Source of the DNA: an uncultured Pelagibacteraceae bacterium
GTDB taxonomy: Bacteria; Pseudomonadota; Alphaproteobacteria; Pelagibacterales; Pelagibacteraceae
NCBI GenBank assembly: GCA_902531175.1
Contig: CACADE010000004.1
Span: 1,106-65,105 of the forward strand
Direction of reading: 5' to 3'
Length of the DNA stretch: 64,000 nt
The translations under genes and the position numbers were made by a program. Shown one piece after another: positions 18,464 to 28,515 of the stretch (positions are counted from its first letter, which is position 1; each line of letters opens with the position of its first letter). The notes below the pieces were generated by a model that was given only the letters and a program-made list of their open reading frames with translations, was not told the origin of the DNA and made no database searches.

Positions 18464-19033
18464 CTATGGTTTAATTTTGGATTTATCTTTGTTAAGTTTT
18501 TCTTTTTCTGCTTTTTTCTCAGCTTTACTTATAGCATTTATCAAATCTTTTTGAGAAAAAAGACCCATAGCAACAGGGTCTTTTGCACTAAGATTGTTAA
18601 AATTCCAATAGCTTTTATTTCTAATTGCTGAGACTGAATTTTTAGTAACTCCTACAAGCTTAGCTATTTGGGAGTCTTTTAAAATTGGGTGTTGCTTAAT
18701 TAGCCATAAAGTTGAGTCCGGTTTGTCTTGTCTTTTTGAAAGAGGCACATATTTTTTAATTTTTTTATTTTCATTTTTAATTTCTATTTCATCAGATATT
18801 AAATTTAACGATCTTGTATTATCATTTGATGATAGATCAATTTCTTCTTTAGTTAATTGTCCAGATATTATTGGATTGTAACCTATTATTCCTTTTGCTA
18901 CCTCTCCATCAGCAATGCCTTGAACTTCTACTTCATGCAAGTTGCAAAAATCTGCAATTTGTTTAAAAGTTAATGAAGTATTTTCCACAAGCCATACAGC
19001 AGTAGCCATTGGCATTAAAGGTGCTTTCGACAT
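18464..19033 (-). CDS. trcR: DUF1013 family cell-cycle transcription factor (TrcR-like)
   Basis: PLMPMATAVWLVENTSLTFKQIADFC.LH..EV.GIADG, YVPLSKRQDKP, DPVAMGL. Confidence 0.85.
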   Translation of the reverse strand: MSKAPLMPMATAVWLVENTSLTFKQIADFCNLHEVEVQGIADGEVAKGIIGYNPIISGQLTKEEIDLSSNDNTRSLNLISDEIEIKNENKKIKKYVPLSKRQDKPDSTLWLIKQHPILKDSQIAKLVGVTKNSVSAIRNKSYWNFNNLSAKDPVAMGLFSQKDLINAISKAEKKAEKEKLNKDKSKIKP

Positions 19034-19261
19034 TTAATTATTCTCAGATCTAAAATTTTGGAATTTTTTATTAAATTTACTAATTCTTCCTTTATCTAAA
19101 ATTTTCTGCTTCCCACCAGTCCACGCAGAATGAGATTTTGGATCGATCTCCAATTTTAACACTTCATTTGCATTGCCCCATGTAGATTTTGTTTCAAATT
19201 GAGAACCATCAGTCATCTCAACTTTTATGGTGTGATAATTTGGGTGCAAGTTTTTTTTCAT
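19034..19261 (-). CDS. rpmE: 50S ribosomal protein L31
   Basis: [43 protein letters not shown]. Confidence 0.95.
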   Translation of the reverse strand: MKKNLHPNYHTIKVEMTDGSQFETKSTWGNANEVLKLEIDPKSHSAWTGGKQKILDKGRISKFNKKFQNFRSENN

Positions 19262-19283
19262 GGGCAGCCTTATAGCAAAAAAC
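19262..19283 (-). promoter_or_regulatory. Extended -10 promoter of rpmE (TG-C-TATAAG) with GC-rich discriminator
   Basis: Minus strand TTGTTT-N16-TATAAG with TGC before the -10, then GCTGCCC, then ATG. Confidence 0.55.
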
Positions 19284-19296
19284 AGGTTAAAAACAA

Positions 19297-20043
19297 TTAA
19301 AAGTTAGTGAGTTTTTTTAACATTTTATCATAAATATTTGGGTTTGAAGCCCTTATATCTATTTTATTCATTTCAAAATTATTAATATCATTAACTTTTC
19401 CACCAGCTTCTTCTATAATTATTTTACCAGCGGCAATATCCCAAATATTAATTTCATTATGAAAATATCCATCAAACCTTCCACATCCAACGTATGCCAA
19501 ATCTAGAGCTGCGCATCCAGTATTTCTTAAATTAATATTAGGATATATTGATTTAATTCCCTCACTATTTGAGGCAAATAAGCATTCATCGAGATTTATT
19601 TTATTTGAAACTCTGACTCTGCTATTGTTAAAAAATGATCCATTATTTTTTTCAGCATAAAAAATCTCATTTTTTATTGGATCGTAAACCAAACCACACA
19701 CAATCTCCCCCTTTTTTTGTAAAGCAACTGAAATTGCAAAATGAGGAATGCCGTGTAAGAAGTTTGTTGTACCATCAATAGGATCTATAATCCAAAATAT
19801 ATCTTTATTTTTATTTATTATTTTTCCTGTCTCTTCAGTTATGAAAGAATAGTTTTTTTTAGATTTTGATAATTCTTCTATGAGAATTTTTTCTACACGT
19901 TTATCTGTTTTTGTAACAAAATCCTTTGGTCCTTTTTTAGAAACTTGTAAATTTTCTAATTCACCAAAATCTCTTATTATTACTTTTGAAGCTTTCTCAC
20001 ATGCTTTTATTATTAAATTTAAATTTGGAGATATTGAATTCAT
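19297..20043 (-). CDS. suhB: Inositol monophosphatase family protein
   Basis: [28 protein letters not shown]. Confidence 0.92.
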   Translation of the reverse strand: MNSISPNLNLIIKACEKASKVIIRDFGELENLQVSKKGPKDFVTKTDKRVEKILIEELSKSKKNYSFITEETGKIINKNKDIFWIIDPIDGTTNFLHGIPHFAISVALQKKGEIVCGLVYDPIKNEIFYAEKNNGSFFNNSRVRVSNKINLDECLFASNSEGIKSIYPNINLRNTGCAALDLAYVGCGRFDGYFHNEINIWDIAAGKIIIEEAGGKVNDINNFEMNKIDIRASNPNIYDKMLKKLTNF

Positions 20044-20044
20044 T

Positions 20045-20605
20045 TTAAATTTTTTTTACATACTCCATTGTTCTTGTATCTATTATTACAGTATCTCCAC
20101 TTTCTATAAATGGGGGGACCTGTATATTTAAGCCATTATTAAGAACAGCTGGTTTATAAGAAGAAGAAACAGTTTGTCCTTTTAATGCAGCATCAGTCGT
20201 TTCTATTACAAATGTTAATTGATTTGGTAGCAAAACACTTAAAGGTTTTTCATTGTGAAAATTAATTGTTACTTCTAAATTTTCAGTAAGCATTTTACCT
20301 TTATCACCCAATATGTTATTACTTAAATTAATTTGTTCAAATGAACTTGGATTCATAAAATAAAAATTACTATCATCACTGTATAAAAAATTAAATTTTA
20401 CTTCTTCTAATAAGGCTTTTTCTACCGTCTCACTTGATCTAAATCTTTCATTCAATTTTGTATTTTTATTCAAACTTTTCATTTCAACTTGGGCAAATGC
20501 TCCACCTTTCCCAGGCTTTACATGGTTAGTTTTTAAAACCTCCCATAGATCATTTTTATGCTCTAATATCATACCAACCCTTATTTCAGTCGCATTAATT
20601 TTCAT
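20045..20605 (-). CDS. efp: Elongation factor P
   Basis: HVKPGKGGAFAQVEMK, GQTVSSSYKPA, VPPFI. Confidence 0.97.
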   Translation of the reverse strand: MKINATEIRVGMILEHKNDLWEVLKTNHVKPGKGGAFAQVEMKSLNKNTKLNERFRSSETVEKALLEEVKFNFLYSDDSNFYFMNPSSFEQINLSNNILGDKGKMLTENLEVTINFHNEKPLSVLLPNQLTFVIETTDAALKGQTVSSSYKPAVLNNGLNIQVPPFIESGDTVIIDTRTMEYVKKI

Positions 20606-21219
20606 ATTAAATTTTTAATTGCTTGTTGCGGTTTAAGTTTTTTATTATTCCAAATGTAGCCTGAGATAGCTAAAAAATCTGCTTTATTCAATAACAGATT
20701 TTTATAATTTTTCGCATTTATTCCACCAATAGCAACTACTGGTAAATTAGTTGTCTTTTTTATATTAATCAAAGTTTTGATGTGTGCTTTGTAAATGGTC
20801 TTTTTGGTTTTTGATTTATAGAATGCTCCTAAAGCAATATAATCAGCTCCATCTAATGACGCTTTTTTAGCCAATTTAATTGAATTGTGACAAGTAACTC
20901 CAATAATTTTTTTTTTTAAAATTTTTTTAGCTTTTTTTATACTCATATCCTTTTGACCTAAATGACAACCATCAGCATTAACTTTTAAAGCAAGATAAGG
21001 ACTATCATTAATAATAAATTTTACTTTGTTCTCTTTACAAATTTTTAGAACTTTTTTTGCAATTATTATTTTCTTGCTATAACTTTCTTTTTTAAGCCTG
21101 AGTTGAAAAAATTTTATTTTTTTTGATTTTAATACTAGAGTTAAATTATCATAGAATAATTTATCTAAATTTTTGCTGGGAGAAATTAAATAGATAAATT
21201 TCTTATTGCGATTTCTCAA
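20602..21219 (-). CDS. thiE: Thiamine phosphate synthase
   Basis: FQLRLK, FIIND, DGCHLGQKD, GVTCHNS, GADYIALG, VAIGGI. Confidence 0.9.
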   Translation of the reverse strand: MRNRNKKFIYLISPSKNLDKLFYDNLTLVLKSKKIKFFQLRLKKESYSKKIIIAKKVLKICKENKVKFIINDSPYLALKVNADGCHLGQKDMSIKKAKKILKKKIIGVTCHNSIKLAKKASLDGADYIALGAFYKSKTKKTIYKAHIKTLINIKKTTNLPVVAIGGINAKNYKNLLLNKADFLAISGYIWNNKKLKPQQAIKNLI

Positions 21220-22216
21220 GATTTTCTGACCATTTTCCTTGTGAAGCTAAAGTACACATTTTAGCTCTATGATCAAATATTTCCTGTGTTCCAATTGTAT
21301 TATTTATATCTTTTGACCAAAATTTTAATGCACTTTGTTGTAGAGCTCTTCCATAAGAATAAGTCATTATAAAATCTGTATTATTTTTGATATTAATTTG
21401 ATTAAGGTTTTCAGTTGCTTCTATTTCTGTTTGGCCCCCCGAGAGAAAAGCTATGCCTGGGACTGATGAAGGTACATTATTTTTTAAACAATCTATAGTT
21501 AGTTCTGCTATTTCTTCACTGGAAATTTTTTCACCAGAATTTTTTCCTGGTAAAATCATGTTTGGTTTTAATATTGTTCCCTTTAAATCAACATTATTTA
21601 ATTCTAACTCTTCATAACATTTATTTATTACTTCAGATGTTTTCATCAAACAATCTTTAGCAGAATGATCACCATCCATTAAAACTTCGGGTTCAATTAT
21701 TGGAACCATTCCTGCTTCTTGAGCTAAAGCGGCGTATCTAGCCAACGCATGAGCATTTGCCGAAATAGATAGTTTGCTAGGATATTTATCAGAAATTAAG
21801 TAAACACCTCTCCATTTCGTGAATCTTGCTCCAAGTTTATAATAATCTTTTAATCTTTCCCTCAAACCGTCTAAACCTTCTGTAATTTTTTCTTCTTTAG
21901 ATCCTGCCAATATTTTGGCTCCTGTATCAACTTTAATCCCTGCTAATGAACCACTTGAGTTTATTAGTTCAGGTATAGTTTTTCCATTAGATGTTCTTTG
22001 CCTTATTGTTTCATCATATAGTATTACTCCACCTATACATTCACTCATTGATGAAGATGAAAAAAGAGTTTGTCTAAAAAGGAGTCTATTATTTTCGTCA
22101 GAATGTACTTTTACTGAGTCTAATCTTTTTGTCATTGTGGCTGTACTTTCATCAGCTGCAAGTATACCTTTGCCATTTGACAATATTTGAAGAGCTATTT
22201 TGTTTAATTCAGACAT
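21203..22216 (-). CDS. fba: Fructose-bisphosphate aldolase class I
   Basis: GILAADES, GIKVDTG, KWRGV, PIIEPEV, LKPNM, FLSGGQ, YSYGRALQ. Confidence 0.95.
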   Translation of the reverse strand: MSELNKIALQILSNGKGILAADESTATMTKRLDSVKVHSDENNRLLFRQTLFSSSSMSECIGGVILYDETIRQRTSNGKTIPELINSSGSLAGIKVDTGAKILAGSKEEKITEGLDGLRERLKDYYKLGARFTKWRGVYLISDKYPSKLSISANAHALARYAALAQEAGMVPIIEPEVLMDGDHSAKDCLMKTSEVINKCYEELELNNVDLKGTILKPNMILPGKNSGEKISSEEIAELTIDCLKNNVPSSVPGIAFLSGGQTEIEATENLNQINIKNNTDFIMTYSYGRALQQSALKFWSKDINNTIGTQEIFDHRAKMCTLASQGKWSENLEKSQ

Positions 22217-23389
22217 TTAATTTAATGCTTTTATACCAGGGAGAACTTTGCCTTCAAGATATTCTAAAAACGCTCCACCTGCAGTTGAAACAAAATTAAA
22301 TTTATCTTTCATATTTAGTGAATTAATTACCGCAACCGTATCGCCTCCACCAACAACGGAAAATATTTTGTTCCCTCTATTTGCTATATATTTTGCAACT
22401 TCTAAGCTTCCTAATGAAAAATTCTCATTTTCAAAGTAACCTAATGGTCCGTTCCATAATATTGTCGAGGAATCGTCAATAATTTTTTTTATTTCAACTA
22501 ATGTTTTTGATCCTACATCAAGTATCATATCATCATCTTCAATGTCTTTAAAATCTTTTTCAAAAGATTTATCGTTCAATTTTTTCCCAATTTTAACATC
22601 TTTAGGAAAATATATTTTACATTTATTTTTTTCAGCATAGGAGAAAATTTCTTGAATTATGTTATCAATATTTTTTTCATATACAGAGCTACCAATTTTT
22701 AAACCTTTGAATTTCAGTATATTATTTGCCATAGCACCAACTATTATAATACTGTTAAATTTTGGTATTAAATTTTTTATTATATTTATTTTCGAAGATA
22801 TTTTAGATCCACCAATTATACATGTTATAGGCTTTTTTATTTCAGAAGTTATCTTGTTGAGAGCATTTACCTCTGCATTAATTTGAATTCCACTATACGA
22901 TGGAATATACCTTGTTATTTTTGATACAGAGGCATGATCTCTATGTGAACACGAAAATGCATCATTAACATATATTTCACCTAAGCTTGCTAATTTCTTT
23001 GAAAATTTATCATCGTTGGTTTCTTCTTCGGGATAAAATCTAATATTTTCAAGTAATACCAAGCCATCATTTGAATTCTTAAAAATGTCTTCTTTATTTA
23101 AATTAAAAATGTTTTCTTTAAGTAACGATACTTCTTTTTTAATTTTACTTTTAATATACAAGGATACCAATTCTAGAGAAAGTTCCTTAACTATTTTACC
23201 TTTTGGCCTTCCAATGTGAGAAATTATTATAATCTTTGCTTTTTTCTTTAATAGAAATTCTAGTGTAGGCATAACCTTATCAATTCGGTTAGAGTCTGTT
23301 ATTTTTCCATTTTTTATTGGAACATTTAAATCAAGTCTAAGAATTACTCTTTTATTTTCAATATTTTCTATATTTTCAATGGATTTCAT
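22217..23389 (-). CDS. pgk: Phosphoglycerate kinase
   Basis: RLDLNVP, SHIGRPKG, LENIRF, GGSKISSK, WNGPLG, GGGDT, STAGGAFLEYLEG. Confidence 0.97.
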   Translation of the reverse strand: MKSIENIENIENKRVILRLDLNVPIKNGKITDSNRIDKVMPTLEFLLKKKAKIIIISHIGRPKGKIVKELSLELVSLYIKSKIKKEVSLLKENIFNLNKEDIFKNSNDGLVLLENIRFYPEEETNDDKFSKKLASLGEIYVNDAFSCSHRDHASVSKITRYIPSYSGIQINAEVNALNKITSEIKKPITCIIGGSKISSKINIIKNLIPKFNSIIIVGAMANNILKFKGLKIGSSVYEKNIDNIIQEIFSYAEKNKCKIYFPKDVKIGKKLNDKSFEKDFKDIEDDDMILDVGSKTLVEIKKIIDDSSTILWNGPLGYFENENFSLGSLEVAKYIANRGNKIFSVVGGGDTVAVINSLNMKDKFNFVSTAGGAFLEYLEGKVLPGIKALN

Positions 23390-24396
23390 TATTTGATCTT
23401 GCTTACATACTCAGCAATATCACACATTCTGTTCGAGAAACCCCATTCATTATCATACCAAGCTGAAATTTTACCCATATTATTACCAACAACATTAGTA
23501 AGCGATGAGTCTATGATGGCAGATGCACTATTATGATTAAAATCAACTGAGACTAGCTTCTCATCTGTAACATTTAGAATATTTTTAAGCTTCGTTTTAG
23601 AAGCTGAAAATAAAGAATTATTTAATTTTTTTACGGTAATATTTTTTTTTACATTAAATATAAATTCTATTAATGAAACATTTGGTGTTGGCACTCTCAT
23701 TGCTACTCCCTCTAGCTTACCTTTCAATGAGGGTATAATCTCACCAATAGCTTTTGATGCTCCAGTAGATGTGGGTACAATTGATTGACTTGCAGATCTC
23801 GCTCTTCTTGGATCTTTGTGAGAATTATCTAATATTCTTTGATCACTTGTAAAAGCATGTATGGTTGTCATAAAACCATTAAGAATTATAAAATTTTTAT
23901 TAATTACGTCTGCAACAGGAGCTAAACAATTTGTTGTGCAAGAAGCTGCTGAAATAATACTATCATTCTTCTTGATCTTGTTATGATTTATGCCAAAAAC
24001 TATAGTTTTATCTGCCATTTTACATGGTGCTGATACAATAACTTTTTTTACCCCGTTTTCTATATGTGGCATTAATTGATCTTTAGAATTAAAATTACCT
24101 GTGCATTCAAAAACATAATCCACACCATATTTTTTCCACTTTATGTCATTAATTGTAGAGTGTTGTGTGTAAGATATTTTTTCTTTATTTATTTTTATGT
24201 AATTTCCTCCAGATTTAACTAGAGAACTAAAATTACCATGAATTGAATCATGTTTTAATAAATTTGCACAAATTTCAGAGCTCGATCTATTATTAATATG
24301 TTTGATAATTATTTTACCTTTGTAATTTTCATAAATTGACCTCACAATCATTCTGCCAATTCTTCCCATACCGTTAATGCCAACTTTTATTGTCAT
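23389..24396 (-). CDS. gap: Glyceraldehyde-3-phosphate dehydrogenase type I
   Basis: GINGMGRIGR, SAASCTTNCLAP, PTSTGA, WYDNEWGFS. Confidence 0.97.
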   Translation of the reverse strand: MTIKVGINGMGRIGRMIVRSIYENYKGKIIIKHINNRSSSEICANLLKHDSIHGNFSSLVKSGGNYIKINKEKISYTQHSTINDIKWKKYGVDYVFECTGNFNSKDQLMPHIENGVKKVIVSAPCKMADKTIVFGINHNKIKKNDSIISAASCTTNCLAPVADVINKNFIILNGFMTTIHAFTSDQRILDNSHKDPRRARSASQSIVPTSTGASKAIGEIIPSLKGKLEGVAMRVPTPNVSLIEFIFNVKKNITVKKLNNSLFSASKTKLKNILNVTDEKLVSVDFNHNSASAIIDSSLTNVVGNNMGKISAWYDNEWGFSNRMCDIAEYVSKIK

Positions 24397-26348
24397 TTTT
24401 TTAAATAAAATTTAATTTTTTTACTAATTTTTTCACTACTTAAACCAAAATGATCATAGACTTTTTTATAAGGAGCGCTTTTACCAAAGTCTTCTATTGA
24501 AAAAGACAAGCCTTTTTCAATATATTTTTCCCAAGGCATTTTTGATCCTGCCTCAATTGAAAAAGTGTTTTTGCTTTCTTTTAAGATTTTATCTTTATAG
24601 CTCTTGTTTTGTTTGTCAAAAATTTCTTGGCAAGGCATTGATATTACTTTTGAATAAATTTTTTGTTTGGCCAATTTATGACTAGTCTCAATTGCAAGAT
24701 TAACCTCTGATCCTGAGGCTAAAATAGTTAAATTTATGTTTTTTCCGGTCCTTATAACTTCGTAAGCTCCCATAGAGCATTGATTTTTTTTGCTAAAGCT
24801 ATTTCTTATGGGTTTTAAGTTTTGTCTGGTTAAGGCCAATACGCTAGGTGTTTTGTTGCTATTTAAAGCAATATCCCAACATTCAATTGTTTCAGTTTGA
24901 TCTGCTGGTCTTAAAACATTTAAGTTTGGAATAGATCTTAAAGCAGCAAGTTGCTCTACTGGTTGATGCGTAGGACCATCTTCTCCTAGTCCTATCGAGT
25001 CATGTGTCATTATATAAATTACCTTCTGTTTCATTATAGCAGACAGTCTTATTGAAGGTTTGCAATAGTCTGAAAATATTAAAAAAGTACCTCCATAAGG
25101 AATAAAATTACTATGAAGAGCTAATCCATTCATTATTCCACTCATAGCGTGTTCCCTAACACCATAGTGAATATAATTACCATCAAAGTTACTTGAATTA
25201 ATAATTTTATGTAACTTAGTTTTTGTATTGTTTGATCCCGCTAAATCAGCAGAGCCACCAATTAAAGTATTTCTCTCTTTTAATATAGCTGATAAAAACT
25301 CTTCTGAGGATTTTCTTGTAGCTATAGTCTTATAATTTTTTATCGCATCTTTTTTTTGTTTTATAATTGAACTTGAGAATTTATTTTTTATAATATTTTT
25401 AAATTTTAGTTTGTGTTTGCTAAAAGTTTTATTCCATATTTTTTCTTTTTTAATACCTTTTTCTCCAATTTTCCTCCAATCAATTAAAATTTTTTGAGGT
25501 ATTTTAAATGGTTTATAATCCCAATCTAATTTTTTTCTAACTAACTTAATTTCATCTACTCCAAGAGGACTTCCATGGGAAGAGGCCTTTCCACTTTTAT
25601 TTGGAGATCCAAATCCTATTTTAGTTTTACACGAAATCACTGTTGGTTTTTTTGATGTTTGCGCTTTTTTTAACGCATTATAAATTTCTCTGTAATTATG
25701 CCCATTGATTAAAATATAATTCCATCCATAGCTTTTAAATCTGTTTTTATAGTCATCTGAGACTGCTAAACTAGTAGGACCATCTATTGAAATAGAATTA
25801 TTATCAAAAAGCATTATAAGATTATTAAGTTTAAGGTGTCCAGCTAAACTCATCGCTTCATGACTTATTCCTTCCATAAGGCACCCATCACCAGCCAAGA
25901 CATAGGTTTTGTGATTTATTAAATTACTTCCTAATTTTTTCTTTAAAATTTTTTCTGCAATTGCAAAACCCACAGAATTTGCAATTCCTTGACCTAAAGG
26001 ACCAGTTGTTGTTTCAATGCCTGAGTTTGGGTGATACTCTGGGTGTCCAGCACAAATTGAATTTAGTTGTCTAAATTTTTTGATGTCGTTAATTGATACA
26101 CTTTTATATCCAGTTAAGTACAATAGCGAGTAAAGCAACATTGATCCATGTCCAGCTGACAAAATAAATCTATCTCTATTAAGCCAGTTTGGATTTTTTG
26201 GATTAAATTTTAGAAAATACTTAAATAAAATTGTTGCAACGTCAGCCATACCCATTGGCATACCTGGGTGACCAGAATTAGCGTTTTGAACCGCATCCAT
26301 TGATAAAAAACGAATAGCATTTGATAAATTTTTTTCTATATTTTTCAA
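24393..26348 (-). CDS. tkt: Transketolase
   Basis: SGHPGMPMG, GHGSMLLY, TTGPLGQG, GDGCLMEG, GVREHAM, GEDGPTHQP. Confidence 0.97.
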   Translation of the reverse strand: MKNIEKNLSNAIRFLSMDAVQNANSGHPGMPMGMADVATILFKYFLKFNPKNPNWLNRDRFILSAGHGSMLLYSLLYLTGYKSVSINDIKKFRQLNSICAGHPEYHPNSGIETTTGPLGQGIANSVGFAIAEKILKKKLGSNLINHKTYVLAGDGCLMEGISHEAMSLAGHLKLNNLIMLFDNNSISIDGPTSLAVSDDYKNRFKSYGWNYILINGHNYREIYNALKKAQTSKKPTVISCKTKIGFGSPNKSGKASSHGSPLGVDEIKLVRKKLDWDYKPFKIPQKILIDWRKIGEKGIKKEKIWNKTFSKHKLKFKNIIKNKFSSSIIKQKKDAIKNYKTIATRKSSEEFLSAILKERNTLIGGSADLAGSNNTKTKLHKIINSSNFDGNYIHYGVREHAMSGIMNGLALHSNFIPYGGTFLIFSDYCKPSIRLSAIMKQKVIYIMTHDSIGLGEDGPTHQPVEQLAALRSIPNLNVLRPADQTETIECWDIALNSNKTPSVLALTRQNLKPIRNSFSKKNQCSMGAYEVIRTGKNINLTILASGSEVNLAIETSHKLAKQKIYSKVISMPCQEIFDKQNKSYKDKILKESKNTFSIEAGSKMPWEKYIEKGLSFSIEDFGKSAPYKKVYDHFGLSSEKISKKIKFYLKK

Positions 26349-26400
26349 AAAGTATCCTATCTAGACTTAGGTGATTCAATTTACTAATATAGATATATAT

Positions 26401-26724
26401 ATGAAAAACATTGATGAAAAAGAAAAAAAACTAAAGGATACTTTAAAAAAATTAGGAGAGATAAACATTCAACATAATGAAGAATTAGATAAAGTTGCAA
26501 TTTTAAAAGATCAAAAAAATCAATTAGAAATTGAAAAAAAACAGATAACCACATCTCTCCAAAGCTTAGAAGAAGAAAACTTAAAACTTAGAAGTCAAAT
26601 AAATGAATTAAAAAAGGATTACGAAACTTCAAAAAGAAAAGAAAATCAATTTAATGAAAAAATTGATGAATTAAATCAAGAAACAGATAATTTATTGGAA
26701 GAAATAGATAAATGGCAAATGTAA
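26401..26724 (+). CDS. Coiled-coil protein upstream of zapA (ZauP/ZapB-like); ATG 26401 preferred over GTG 26371
   Basis: Continuous heptad E/K/L pattern; position directly before zapA. Confidence 0.55.
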   Translation: MKNIDEKEKKLKDTLKKLGEINIQHNEELDKVAILKDQKNQLEIEKKQITTSLQSLEEENLKLRSQINELKKDYETSKRKENQFNEKIDELNQETDNLLEEIDKWQM

Positions 26725-27158
26725 ATATAAAATTTAATGGTAAAGAATATTTATTATCTTGTGAAGATGGTCAAGAGGAACATTTGGAAGAATTATCCTT
26801 GAGTTTAAATAAAAAATTTAATGATCTAAAATTTGATCTTGGAAATATTGGAGAGAATAAATTATTACTAATATCTTCTATAAAAGTCATGGATGAGTAT
26901 TTTGAAACCAAAAAAAAAGTAGATGCGCAAAAAAAAGAGCTTCAAGAATTAAAAGAAAAATTTAAAGAATTAAAATCTTTAGTTTATCAGTACAAAGATA
27001 ACAAAGAAAATGAAATTAAAAATTTAAGCTCATCACAAGAAGAACTTGAGAATGATATTGAAAACTACAAAATAAGTTATGAAAATTTAATAGACAAAGT
27101 AACTTTAGAAATAGAAGACTTTGTCAAAAAAAATAGCACAAATACTTCTGTTTCATAA
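26712..27158 (+). CDS. zapA: Cell division protein ZapA
   Basis: VNIKFNGKEYLLSCEDGQEEHL, LLLISSIKVMDE, coiled-coil tail. Confidence 0.9.
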   Translation: MANVNIKFNGKEYLLSCEDGQEEHLEELSLSLNKKFNDLKFDLGNIGENKLLLISSIKVMDEYFETKKKVDAQKKELQELKEKFKELKSLVYQYKDNKENEIKNLSSSQEELENDIENYKISYENLIDKVTLEIEDFVKKNSTNTSVS

Positions 27159-27165
27159 AATATCA

Positions 27166-27705
27166 GTGTCAAAATTAAAATTAAGAAAAAAAATTATTAA
27201 CTTAAGAAAAAAAAAATATTTTGAAATCAAAATAGGCAATAATATTATAGATAGTTTTCATAATAAAATTAATCTATCAAAAAATAAAATTATTGGAGGT
27301 TATTTTCCAATAAATTTTGAATTTGATTGTTTGCAAATACTAAATAAATTTTATTCTCACGGTTATAGTATTTCGTTGCCAATTATAAAAAGAAATCATC
27401 AAATGGATTTTTATAAATGGAGTCCAAATGATCCTTTAACAATAAGCTCATTAGGAATTCCTGAGCCACTAAAATTGAAAAAAGTATACCCAGATATAAT
27501 ATTTGTACCAATAGTTGCTTTTGATAAATTCGGGAACAGAATTGGCTATGGTGGTGGATTTTATGATAGATATTTAGAAAAAATTTCTCAAATTAAAAAA
27601 TGTACAACAATTGGACTGGCTTTTTCACATCAAAAAGTTAATAAAATTAATGTTGAAAATTTTGATAGAAAATTAGATTTAATTTTGACAGAAAAATTAA
27701 TGTAA
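27166..27705 (+). CDS. ygfA: 5-formyltetrahydrofolate cyclo-ligase (probable GTG start 27166)
   Basis: KLRKKII..R, ISLP, GIPEP, VPIVAFDKFGNRIGYGGGFYDR, DRKLD.ILTE. Confidence 0.9.
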   Translation: MSKLKLRKKIINLRKKKYFEIKIGNNIIDSFHNKINLSKNKIIGGYFPINFEFDCLQILNKFYSHGYSISLPIIKRNHQMDFYKWSPNDPLTISSLGIPEPLKLKKVYPDIIFVPIVAFDKFGNRIGYGGGFYDRYLEKISQIKKCTTIGLAFSHQKVNKINVENFDRKLDLILTEKLM

Positions 27706-27706
27706 A

Positions 27707-28513
27707 ATGAAGATTTTATTTTTAGGTGATATAGTTGGAGATGCAGGTTTCAAATCAGTAAAAAAAAACTTGCCAAATATAGTCTCAAAAAAAGGTATAG
27801 ATTTTGTTTGTGTTAACGGTGAAAATGCAGCCAGTGAAGGTGTGGGTCTAACGGAAAATATTGCTAATGAACTTTTTAATGTAGGTGTAGATGTAATTAC
27901 AACAGGCAATCATGTTTGGGATCAAAAAGAAATTTATGAATATATAAAAACTGAAAAAAAATTATTAAGACCAATAAATATGAGTGGAAATTTACCTGGC
28001 AAAGGTTTTTCCATATTCAATTCAAAAAAAAATCTGAAAGTTGGTGTATTAAATCTTATGGGTAACGTTTTTATGAAAAAGTGTGATGATGTTTTTAAAA
28101 TTGCTACTGAATTTATTGCAGAAAAAAAAAAATCAAAAGATTATGATTTTTTAATAGTGGATTTTCATGGAGAAATAACAAGTGAAAAAATGGCTATAGG
28201 TAATCTATTTGATGGATATGCAACTTTAGTTGTAGGTACTCATACGCACGTGCCAACAAATGATGCAAGAGTCTTAAAAAATGGAACTAGCTATATTACT
28301 GATGCTGGAATGTGTGGCGACTATGACTCGGTAATTGGTATGAATACACAAAATTCAATTAACAGATTTCTAAAAAAAGAAGCTGTAAAACATTTTCCTG
28401 CCAATGGAGAAGCATCTCTGAGTGGGGTAGTTGTAGATTGCGATGTAAGAAATGGACTTGCAAAAAATATAGAGAGTTTCATTTTTGGTGGGAGTTTAAA
28501 TAACGTAAATTAA
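27707..28513 (+). CDS. YmdB/TIGR00282 family metallophosphoesterase
   Basis: LFLGDIVG, NGENAA, TTGNHVWD, VDFHGEITSEK, VGTHTHVPT, TDAGMCG. Confidence 0.92.
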   Translation: MKILFLGDIVGDAGFKSVKKNLPNIVSKKGIDFVCVNGENAASEGVGLTENIANELFNVGVDVITTGNHVWDQKEIYEYIKTEKKLLRPINMSGNLPGKGFSIFNSKKNLKVGVLNLMGNVFMKKCDDVFKIATEFIAEKKKSKDYDFLIVDFHGEITSEKMAIGNLFDGYATLVVGTHTHVPTNDARVLKNGTSYITDAGMCGDYDSVIGMNTQNSINRFLKKEAVKHFPANGEASLSGVVVDCDVRNGLAKNIESFIFGGSLNNVN

Positions 28514-28515
28514 TT

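Noticed and set aside
19286-19300. CtrA-like box upstream of rpmE
   Set aside because: Spacing is TTAA-N6-TTAAC, not N7, and TTAA is ubiquitous here.
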